A DNA stretch of 64,000 bases, from NCBI GenBank assembly GCA_002633005.1, contig NMRA01000558.1, forward strand, positions 72,441-136,440. The letters are read 5' to 3'. The translations under genes and the position numbers were made by a program. Each line of letters opens with the position of its first letter. Positions within the stretch are counted from its first letter, which is position 1. The DNA comes from Phoronis australis (Eukaryota > Animalia > Phoronida). Below, in pieces: positions 50,801 to 61,857 of the stretch. The notes beneath the pieces are model-generated. The model did no database searches. It was not told the origin of the DNA and saw nothing but the letters and a program-made list of their open reading frames with translations.

Positions 50801-53231
50801 CTGAGTATTCCAGTCCTCCAGCATTATACGTATACCCGAAACGTTTCAAATGCATACATGGCATGCGCATAAATACATTATCAAGGGCACTAAAAATAAT
50901 TGAACAGCATTCCTACAAAGTTCTTCAAATTTTGATCTCTATGAAATGTCCGAAAGATAATTGCTCGACTTCGAAACACTGTGACTGGTACTGGTATACC
51001 GTCGGTAAACTTGCCTCAGAGAGAGATATAAAAAGACATTTTAACACAGTTTAAAAGTCTTCTGTTTCGAAGGTAAAGAAATCTATGTTGATTAAACCTA
51101 AAGCACAGTCCCCTTTGTCATAAGACTTTAAAATAAGTGCACAGAATGTCCTGTGAAACTACCGGCCAAGTGCAGAAGGAAATAGAGTTCAAAATTGCTA
51201 AGAACGTCACCGAAAGACGTGGAAAGTACCTCAAATATTTAGGTTTGCCACGTTTGCCATTGTTTCGATGTCATACCTTAGCAAACTGCGTAACTTAGTA
51301 CGCGAAGCAGCATGCGTTTCGCGTTCTACAATATGTTGCCATCCCTATCTCGTTTTTTCTATCGAGTCTTTTATCCTTCATCTCTGTTAGACAAAGCATG
51401 GTACAATTTCTAGAAAATAATGTTGGTAACGGGCTCAGGTAAAATATCTGACGTGCTCATCCAAACAGGTTTATCCTTTTGACGCCAGATAATGCAGTTC
51501 CACGAGACTGTCTAGCTCAAGCGATTTTCAAAGCCTTCAAGGTGTCTGACAGAACTGTCTGCCGATTAAAGGGCAGACTCTTAAAATCTGCAAGTTTTTC
51601 CTGTATTTCAATAATTTCAGAAAGCAGGTGGTTATTTCAAAAAGTGGCTGGTTCCTGGACGTACGGTACTACATATGACTACAGAAGCGTTATGCACTAC
51701 ACTGCGTATGCCGGGAGTAAGAATGGTAGGATGACCATGACACCAAAAGATGGCACTGATCCAAATATACTGGGTCAAGCAAAAGATTTGTCCGTTACTG
51801 ACTACTACCGCATCAAGCTAATGTACAACTGTGATGGAAACTATGACGGAAGAAATCGTTACACCCCAGGTGAGCAAACATTTCTTACCTTAGAGCTACA
51901 GCTAGTAGACTAGACACGTTTGTTTTAACGTCGACAAACACATTTTTGTTGTCCTCTTAGATGTGTAGGCCCACCGTGATTCATGTACAGTTCCCTTTAG
52001 TTCTTGACAATTGGGAGGTTAATTATGACCATTCTCATTGCTGTGACCCTTAGCTTTTGCATCACTAAAAATGGAATTTCGACGGACGTTTCAGTTGTAC
52101 CCGCATTTTGATTTTCTCAACGGCACAATCAGCGCCACCACTGCTTTCTGAGCTATCACCTGGAAAAGTCCTTCCTTGCTCTAAAATGGTTTCAAGGTAC
52201 ATGCAACCGAAGGTTTAGCAGAGTATGATCGGATAGTTTATTAAGGCAAATGTCGAGCCAACATACGACGTTCCTTCACATACATGTGTTTAAGCTTAGA
52301 TTACAGGGTGGAGTATACATTGTGACGGCGGATTCATGATAAAAGATGAGAGTGCCGAGACTTTCCAGTATACCGCGCGCAGGTCTTTGGCTTGACTACT
52401 GGCATGCTTACATGGATCTATTACCATGCCATGGTTTTGCCAGTGTCAGTTATTTATTCCAGATCCCAACTGTAAGGACAAGCATGCCAACTGTAACACG
52501 TGGGCCCGCAAACATTACCCGTCTGAATGTGAGAAGAGTGCTGCATACATGATGACCAACTGTGAAAGATCTTGTCGAGTTTGTGGTAAGTCGAAATCCG
52601 CACGCTCTTTTACTCCAACTTATGAACATCACAAAGCATATTCGAACAGTAGCCTTTCACGAGAGTACACGGTTGTTTAATATGTGAACCAATGAGTTCT
52701 CGGCCCAGACTGTTCGACTCGGCGGAACACTTAATTTAAAGCGTCCATATACAACATGTACAAACTCCTCTTCGGCATCACAAAGACCGTTTTTGTGGTT
52801 TGGACGACTTACCACATGACATCGGTCTCAAATTGTTCCATAGCCAAGTTGTAGGTGCTTTCAGAGGTTCGAAAGGACTGGCAGTTTACCGTTGCTTGTG
52901 AGACAACTTTGAAGGCTTAATTACAACACGGCTTGTCATGACGTGTTATTCTATGACCCAGCATGGTCCCGAACAATAGCAAATTTTCAGTAACTGTACG
53001 GTCGCCAATGGTTAGTTTTTCTTTGTAGGCCCTAAACTCGGATGCTACACCGCTATGTATTACGCATCTACAGCAGTGTATAAGAACTCAGCCAACGAGT
53101 GCAAGAGACACTGTTATTTGGACGGATACAAATACGCAGGCTACAAGACAAATCGCTACTGCACATGCTCCGATCACATAGGAGGTCGGACGAACAGCTG
53201 TAGGAATAGCTATGAAGTCTATAACTCGTAG
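41820..53231 (+). CDS. Astacin-like metalloendopeptidase 4 (signal-pro-astacin-ShK-WSC-like), 370 aa; exons 41820-41900, 43961-44000, 44317-44342, 46785-46869, 47394-47517, 48978-49159, 51621-51869, 52463-52585, 53029-53231
   Basis: GT-AG introns and a 1113-nt open frame. Motifs: signal MGPRIKQICMTLVITVLQLCLAVQA, HEMMHCIGFEHEQSRPDRD, SVMHY, ShK CKDKHANC...CERSCRVC, and WSC-like GCY...CKRHC..GYKYAG...CTC. Intron phases match genes 1-3. Confidence 0.92.
42645..43570. mobile_element. Inverted copy of the cgaagcttcg-family element, interrupted by a second TIR element (~42892-43342)
   Basis: ttatcggtagaggtc (42831-42845) is the reverse complement of gacctctaccgataa at ~22723. The inner element ends are agcattgtccccaagtctcaatatggcgctgatcggtttag ... 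ctaaactggtcagcgccatcttgaggtttcaggacgaggct. Confidence 0.55.
44728..45014. mobile_element. CATGCGCGCACCCAG-family MITE, 5-bp TSD (cgata)
   Basis: cgata|catgcgcgtgctctcaggg ... ttttaggctgggtgcgcgcatg|cgata. Confidence 0.75.
45834..45895. repeat. Imperfect (CAG/AGC)n microsatellite
   Basis: agcaacagcagcggcagcagcagcaacagcagtagcagcagca, intronic. Confidence 0.8.
46885..47029. mobile_element. Short fold-back element / hairpin MITE
   Basis: ggatacacttgattgacttcgccgg ... ccggcgaagtcaatcaagtgcatcc, plus inner arms cttagac.tct.attgg / ccaatcagaagtctaag. Confidence 0.75.
50381..50579. mobile_element. Fold-back MITE built from taaaatgtaac repeats
   Basis: TIRs gcgttgatacgccgtaaaa / ttttacggcgtatcaacgc, with about 9 direct and inverted copies of taaaatgtaac. 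Confidence 0.8.
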
Positions 53232-53232
53232 T

Positions 53233-54051
53233 CAATTTAAATTGTGAGAACTCGTGGTCTACATCAGTTGTAAATGGTTTGAAGCGTATTAGTGAAAGTT
53301 CATGAACATTCTATTGCTATTCGGAAATCAAACCGTTGAGAATTAATTGAAACATGTACATGCCAACAGCGACGTCCGGACCGGAAACCGTAGCTTCAAT
53401 GGGCTTTCATTAGTATCACGTGCTTAACATGTAAAATAACGTACAGCAGCCAGCATTAGGCAAGTGCGTCTAAAACAAGTACTGTCTTCTGCTTGATAGG
53501 TACTTATTTGCCAAATTTCGTGAGCATCCATCACGGAACTTGGTTTGCCATCCCTGAGTCGTCGAAATCGTTCAAACAACGTCAGGCTTACTCTCTCTCT
53601 AGCCCTAGTCACACTTTTTTTCTAATCTGTTATTTACTTCNCAATTTAAATTGTGAGAGCTCGTGGTCTACATCAGTTGTAAATGGTTTGAAGCATATTA
53701 GTGAAAGTTCATGAACATTCTATTGCTATTCAGAAATCAAACCGTTGAGAATTAATTGAAACATGTACATGCCAACAGCGACGTCCGGACCGGAAACCGT
53801 AGCTTCAATGGGCTTTCATTAGTATCACGTGCTTAACATGTAAAATAACGTACAGCAGCCAGCATTAGGCAAGTGCGTCTGAAACAATTAAGTACTGTCT
53901 TCTGCTTGATAGGTACTTATTTGCCAAATTTCGTGAGCATCCATCACGGAACTTGGTTTGCCATCCCTGAGTCGTCGAAATCGTTCAAACAACGTCAGGC
54001 TTACTCTCTCTAGCCCTAGTCACACTTTTTTTCTAATCTGTTATTTACTTC
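53233..54051. repeat. ~410-bp near-identical tandem duplication across a single N (likely haplotype/assembly artefact)
   Basis: 53233-53640 and 53642-54051 differ by a few SNPs and small indels and are separated exactly by the n at 53641. Confidence 0.85.
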
Positions 54052-54469
54052 CTTTCTCACTCGCGCACAAAGGCCCCAACGGTGCAATCAGTGGACTCTT
54101 CTCCCAAATTTTGTGAAATCCTATATCAAAAAACCGTTACGGCTAGTCACCCCCTGGAGGTTCACCCGCACATGGATTTCAGTCATTATTTTCCAGTTGT
54201 TTCATGGTATACCTTTTCAATCACATCAAGGTGACCCGCCATTTCAGACGTAGTCCAGCTCTCTTGGAGGGGCGGTCCGGTTAAGTACATGTCTGCCTCG
54301 GAAAATGCTATGCAGTTATTAGTTTCGCAGGTCTAATTCACAACCTGCAGATTTATCAGGTGTGCTCCCTGTGCCTTGAAAGTCTTTTTAGTTTTGCCAC
54401 GTGTCGGACCAACCACGCGTCAAAGTTATTTTCTCATGTCTACTAACCCGTTAGGATTCATTGGTTATG

Positions 54470-54600
54470 CATGCGCGCACCCAGCCTAAAATATAAGGGG
54501 AGTCGATTTTTTCGGTATGGGACCTTTTACTGAAAAAAATCATCGAGGATTAAAAAAACTTGGTTCATGCCTAGGCAGATTGTGCATCCGCGCCAAATTC
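54470..54600 (-). mobile_element. End of a CATGCGCGCACCCAG-family MITE (reverse orientation); another terminus at ~55144
   Basis: catgcgcgcacccagcctaaaa is the reverse complement of the right end at 44990-45014. Confidence 0.55.
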
Positions 54601-55740
54601 CTGTCTGTGGGCTTTGCGGACTTTTGTCTCGTTTACTCTGACTTTTTGTTTCGCTGAGACGCACCTTTTTGCCCGATCCGCCAAATTGGGGGGCAGTGAA
54701 CTGGTTGTCGGTCTGAAATCTCGAATTGGCGTTTTCGTGAATTTTGACTTAATTTTGTGAAATTTGTTCACTTCTCTATCATTTGGTCACCCCCCACCAC
54801 GTGGGAGGCAGCCACCCCAAAATCGGCCACTACCCTACCTGTGCTTCAACAAGATGATTTTGAAAAAGCCCTCAAGATAGTGCAGCTGAGGGGTAACAAA
54901 ACGGCACCATTTCAAACACAAGTGTGCCTTCAAAGCACTTTACCACAGCCCATGTTTTCAGTTATTCTAGTGGCAGATTTTGAGAGGAACAGAGGGTCCC
55001 TTATAGTATTTAGATTTCATTTAAAACTTGATGCTCTAGTTCAAGCAAAGACATCAATGTAGTTTGTTTTAGGACATAATGTGCATATCCATGACGTAAC
55101 CACAAATATTAGATCGTGTCCGCAGCTCAACCAGACACTATACCATGCGCGCACCCAGGAGCGGGCCCTGGAACATCCACAACAACTCAGATTTTGACAA
55201 TTTCTCTGCCTCTTTGAAACGTTGACTACACATGGCAGCATGACAAAATATAAAACAATTTAATTGTGGTTAATCACAGCCACAAGAATTTATTGCCGGA
55301 ATGACAATGGATGAAATGACAAGCTTAATCCATTTCCTTGAATCGCTCAAAAGCAAACAATTTTTATTGTCTGTAGGAGATGACAAATGTGTGTTCACCA
55401 ACAGTCTTTGATTGGCTTAATCTGCTTCCGCATGGAAAATCCTGACTTGATATTAACTGAAGTCATCTCTCAAGCCATTTGTGGCCAATTCCTTCCATTG
55501 GATTCTGAAAGAGTAGAAATGAATACTTACAGGTTCGTTACAGCTAATGATTGTCATAAAATTACCCAAGAACATTGACCACATCCGGGACCTACACGTG
55601 CTAACAGCCTGGACCTCACAAACAACAAGCTCATAAACATGACGCACAACTACAAGTGTCCTCTTATTATGCTGAAATTGAATGTCATTTGCCAGACATT
55701 CCAACAGAGGGTAAATACTAAGAACATGCAATCTAACGAT

Positions 55741-58700
55741 TCACTCACAGTTTCCATATTTCCCCAACAGCTCGTTGACCAGAGTGACGTATTCCTGCTC
55801 AGCAACTGACTTTTCCATTCCTGAAAACACAATGAGCCGCGACCTTTCAAAGTGACCTTTCTACGCATAAATCATCCACTCTAAGAGCTACCATGATGAT
55901 AGAACTACTTGTGCAGGAGCACCTCATCCCAATTATCCAAACCTTCACAACATTCACCATACACCTTGTGACAGAGTTGACGCAAACAACATTACTCTTC
56001 AGCATGTAAAATGTCGTCAAAATTACAAGTTAATCAAACAAATTACTCCTGGAACGAGTTCTCACTAGGTTTAGCAGTACCATAGATGGTACTTGCACTG
56101 GGGGAATTTGACACACATGTGGCAACTTACCCCACATCATAGAGGTAGGGTAGCATAATAGTTCTGGGGTAATTTATCTAAGTGCAAGTCGTAGTGTGGC
56201 CGCAAACCTACAGACAAGGTGTAGTTACATGTACCAGCTGCACTCTTGCTCAGTTTATACACAGGGGAGTCCAATCATTTTTGCAATACATTTGCCACAC
56301 GGTGTACGGTGTGTAGTGTGGATGCTCACCAGAATTGGAGCAAGTTGTTCTAGGTAACTCCTAGTGAGGGTACAGATAAACTGCGCTAGGCTACAACTGG
56401 TAATTACTTCTGCCTGAAGCGTCTGCAAGTTTGCATCAACACTACGACTTGTACAATGGCAAGCTATCCCAGAACACATTACCCTGCCTCAATAAGTTGT
56501 CACGCTACTGTTACACCGAGTCAATTCGTTCCAGGATTAAATTGTTCCAAAGTAATTTGCAGTGTGGACGGCACTATACATTGTAGACAGACATGTCACA
56601 ATATGATGCATTGCGAGACATCAGTCCTCCAAAGCAGAGCAAAACCAACCAAAAGAAACAAAGAACACTCGCCTACATTTTCAGCCAACAGGTGGCCTGG
56701 ATGACAGATATTTCACAAATCACATTTGGCATATTAAAAAGATGGATTCTAAACCCAGTTGAATGGCTAACATAATTATGATTCATTTCTGGTTTCATAT
56801 CACTACTGCAAAAGCAATACTAGGCACAGCATTTTTTTCAAAAATGAATTGACACTATTTCTTCTCCACAAAATTGCAAAGACAAACTTTCACATAAATT
56901 TTCATATGAAAAGTAATGTCAGTTTCCGTCCATTTTTCCTCTGACTTTTTGCCGAAGCTTTGTCTAAGATAAAAATATTTTGTGCCCTTGCAACTCAACT
57001 ACTTGTTGGAAAATGATATTTTTCGAAAATTGGTTTTTGCCATACTCCAATACATTTTAAAATATGTCTTAAGAACATTACATTAGACTGTCCCCTTTTC
57101 AAGAACATCTAAAAGGGTGGCTTTTAAGCCAGTGCTTTGTCTAAACAAAGGGCTTTCAGGAACAGGAAAGACAAAATGTGTGTGTGTGTGTGTACGTGCG
57201 TGTGCGTGTGTGTGAGCATGGGCAACTCTTGTTCTACTATCCAAAGTCAGATTGGAGTGTAACTGAAGAAACTCTCAATTAAAGTCATCAAGCACAAGCT
57301 ATAGTACCATGTGCTTTGTTTGAGCATTAAAACAAATCATACTGTTCTGAATAGATCCATCAATACCTTTTTTGCCGTTCCATGCATCCCACTTGGCTTT
57401 CCCAGCGAAGTCTATCATCCCTGGTCGGTCTGAAGAATACATTAAAGGACTATAGCCATCCAGCTTTGCTATTATGCAATGAGATGCCAATTATAACTAT
57501 GTCGAATTGGCCATTATATCTTCTCGCACTGCTAATCTAGACAAAATGGAAACTAATTGGAACAAGCGTGCGTTCCAAAGGCAAGTACTGTTTATTTTTG
57601 GACCAAAAATAAATCAAGTTGTACATCAAAGGCAACCACATCATGATAGGGTTGGGACAGTGGAACCATATCTGCAGTAACTTTTTACGTTATTGAAGTC
57701 GACTAGTTTTAAGCTTCTGAAAGAGGTAAAATGTACACTATACCTTCACAAGGACTGCGACATTGGCTCAAGTCACACCAATTTCGGACAAAATTAATTT
57801 CCCAAAATGTCCCTTTCTTCATTTTTCAAGGGCTTTCAACTCTGAGAATGCCTAGTTTTTTCAAAATTTGATGTTGTGGTGTATATTAAGTTGAACACAA
57901 TTATCACATAATTGAGTGGCGTATACGTTCCACCCAAAAAATGATAAAATGAAAATTTGTCAGCCATAGTATGTCCTAATTTGGAGAGATTTCACCACAA
58001 GAATTAATGTAGATGAGACAGGTTTATCATTACTGTACATTCATTAAGTACACACAACTATTCAACACTAACAGTGACTCCAAGATAATATTAAAGGTCA
58101 AATGAGCTGATAATCACTACAAACAAACTGAGATTAAAGTTCAGAGCAAAAGTCTAACGAGGAGTCTAGACTCCCAGAGCCAAAATTACCTGTAGTGAAC
58201 AAACACTCACTACAGAAATGTACTTCAAACCCCACTTTTTATGTTAAGAGCAACCAACGCCAAGGGTTGAAATTACCCCATGACCACATTGTAAACGTAA
58301 TGTTTCTAGGGGTGTTCATTGTGTTGATGCAAGGGCTTATAACAGGAACAGCAAAAGTCAAATCCATCAAAAACAAGGCAACATTTCCTTGATAAAGCAG
58401 TGCCAAGTTTTCTGCCCAGACAAGTTACCTGTTTTTTTCACAATAAACCCGGTGAGGTTCATTTTCAGGGGGCATAAGAATTCCAGTTGTACAGTCCAGT
58501 TCTCAGTAGGATAGCAGCTAAGATAGGTCGTAGGTTTGCCACAAGGTTATGTCTTTACTGGGGAAACTTGACACCCGTACTTTGCTAATAGGAGGCATAA
58601 AATCATGACTCATGACATAGGTTGCATTGGAACTGAAAGTGGCTCCTATGGCATCAGGAGAAAATTTGGCTGTGGACTTATTCGCTAAATTCCATCAACA

Positions 58701-61700
58701 AGAAGCAAACTCCAAAATATGAAAATTGTCGCAAGGGGTCAGCACAGGATGGGTCTGTCCTTAAATGGGCGGGGTGGAGTCCTATCCATGATATAAACTT
58801 ACATGACAAATTGCGTGAAAACGAGTAACTTTGCAGCAACTAAGGCAGTCACAAAAATGAGACTAAGGAGACATTGGTAGTCAGATTTGCTAAACAAATG
58901 AGTGTTCGTCATCCCGTCCATGATAAAAAATGTGTCTACAAAATTTCATGATGATTCATCAAGGGGTTTGAGAGATAGAGAGGCAGAGAGACACAAGGAC
59001 AGAGATGACAATAATATGCATCTAAGATAAGATTTTTCCAGTTTTAGACACAATATGGTGTTAAGGTACTTATTTTGTTTTCATTTCATCAGAAACATTG
59101 CTGCTTTGAATAACTATTAGTCTCATTACCATCCTTCACATAAAGCAGTTCAACAATGCGTTCTACCTGTGTTGCAATCCCCAACTGTGACCTGCTTGTA
59201 CAGAGCATAAACCTTCAGTTTTTCATCATCTGTTGGGCTCTTTGTAAGCTTCTTGACTTCCGCGGCCGCTTCCTCAAATGACTTACAACAGAAAGAGAGT
59301 CAAGTAATGAAAGTCTTCACAACCATTGATACGGGAACACATAACCATGTATTTTCCCAGAACACACATTCAAGAATTTGTTCCAATTAATCAATGTCCA
59401 ATGCTTTTGCTCAGACACATGGCGAGGGGGTCACTTTTTGAGGCTTAAATACCTAGTACCCTATTCTTGTGGTTACAACTCCAACATTGCCCCATGTTAA
59501 TTCTGGGAGTTTTGACTTCATTGTAGATTTTGAGATTGAAGCATTTTTTTCAAAAAATGTTAAGTCATGTGAAGCATAATAAAGAATAACCTGGCTAACA
59601 CAAGACACTTTTATCTTATGACAGTGTAAATTGCACAGGTAATATATTTCGATTTTAATTGAATTTTAGATCTAAAGGATCAAATGGGCAAATTTTAATG
59701 AAAGGTAATTCCAAAGTCATGGTATTTTCTGGTTTTCATTATATTTTCACTCATTAAAAGTTATCAGCAGCTCCCAATGATCACTATCATTTGGAATATG
59801 TTACCCATGAGGACTGCCAACCTGGCCCCAAGGGTTGGCGGCTCAAATACAGTCACTATGTCAGTTCTGGATGATGTCACTTTTAGATCACTTCACAGAT
59901 AACTCAACAGTGTATACACTAGAAAAACTTGAAGGAATGAATACGTTATCTCACAGCCAAAGCGTTTTTATAAATTTATCTTTGATCCAATTTTTAAAGT
60001 TGTGAAGCAGCTGGTTGTCATCTATGTGACCAAAACATTTTTGGTGGTGCTTCACCCTTATCTATTAAGTGATCTAAATACATCATGAAGGTTAAAGTTG
60101 CATCCCTCCCTGACTGGCTGGCTAAAAAAAATAAAAAAATCAAAGTAAGCCTTTTAAGCAAACAATGTTCCGAGATAGGATTCTATTTCCGTAACCAACT
60201 CATCAATGACTCAAGAACACGAATTTATTGACAAAATGACAAATTTTGAAATTGCCTCAATGAAAATAGGATCTGCAAGAAATTTTGAATTTTGTGACAC
60301 TTATTTACATTGGCCTTGAATTTTGTTTTTAGGAAATAAATTAATTTCTAATCAAAACGTTACATCGAGAATTTGGTAGAGTTTGAGAGCATTTTGCACA
60401 CTCTTTTTGACTAGAAAGTAGTTTGGGACGTAACACCAAGATTTTTTATGTAAATGGTAAACAATGTTTCAATGACTATGTTTCCAGTTCTGGATCACTC
60501 GGACCAGTCTGCACCACAAGACAGTTATTGTTTACAATCCAACTCCATTAACGTACATACTTGATATTAATATTTTCTGAATCCTTTCACCATGGTGATC
60601 GTGGTAATTCCAAAAATGTATTACACATACTGATTAGCTCTTCTTATTCATGCATTCACTGTTTTAAGAGGTGTTAATTTGCGGCAGCTGATCTCGAGTG
60701 ACCGCTATTACTACACTGCTTAACACCTCTTGGCAGGAATGATAACTACAATGATCATGCGTGTCATGTCAGAAGACACCGAAATTGTCTAGTATATTGA
60801 AGATACCGCTTGGCACATTGGGGAAACTATGAGTAAAAAACAGTAATAGTTATTTATAAAAGACTGACTCTTCAAAGCTTCTTCAGAAAAAACACGAGAG
60901 TGTATGTTCTCACAGACAAATGTCATACTCAAAAACACTTGACATCTCATGATTTCGGCATGTGTTATGACAGATATGCGTCGTCTCAGAGACAAGAATT
61001 GTTCCAAACAAGTGGACTTAGGTAATAATATAACTGGCAGCCTAAAGTACGTGAACATAGAAACACATTCTGCATTGAACCAACTTCACTCTAGGTTAAC
61101 CCTTCAGTTATCAATTCTGCCGAAAGGTGTCGCACTTTTAAAATGGCTGCCTTACTAAATCCGAATTGCAAATGAACGCCTTGGAAAAACTTGGAGATTA
61201 CACATAAGAAGCGACCAATTAGTACTGAGTAATACATTTTTGGAATCATCACGACTAGAGGATTCAGAAAATAGTAGCATCAAGTATATACGTTAATACA
61301 GTTGGATTGTAAACAATAACCCTCAAGGCAAACACAAAGTGTTAGCCTTATGATCATATGATAATTTCACAAAAATAAATTTGGAACAATATTAATACAA
61401 GAATTTACTGCAGTGAGATGCCCATAATTGAACATAATTATAAGAATCTGGGGAAAATAACAGTATCGCCAGACTAGTAACTCTAGACTAGGGTCTAGTC
61501 TAGGGACACACCCACTTTGGAATGAAGCCCTTAGATAACACCTGTATCCAAACTGGGTAAACGTCTTCGTGGTACAAGTTCACGTCACACTTGAAATTCA
61601 GTGAATGTATTATTTCACGAGTATTACTCTAAAACAACGACGTACGATTACGAACGCTGAACGATCGATTTAATCGAAATCCTCGGCCCTCGTGACGGGG

Positions 61701-61857
61701 CGATTGTGTTTCTTTGTTCGTTTACCGTGTGCAGAACTGAAAAGCGTTTTATGTCAACGGAAAATGTAAAGCACATACGGTAACCCAATCATGTAAACTG
61801 ACATTACACACATATTCTACGAAGACAGGCAATGCTTACCGTTACAGTTTTAGACAT
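55741..61857 (-). CDS. DBI: Acyl-CoA-binding protein (ACBP / diazepam-binding inhibitor), 91 aa; exons 61857-61840, 59281-59167, 57429-57367, 55820-55741
   Basis: Spliced protein [91 protein letters not shown]. It has the ACBP signatures YALYKQ.T.GD and KAKWDAW and the typical 4-exon layout. Candidate AATAAA on the minus strand at 55363-55368 or 55289-55294. Exon 1 is the least certain. Confidence 0.92.
57177..57214. repeat. (TG)n/(GTGC) microsatellite
   Basis: tgtgtgtgtgtgtgtgtacgtgcgtgtgcgtgtgtgtg seen directly. Confidence 0.85.
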
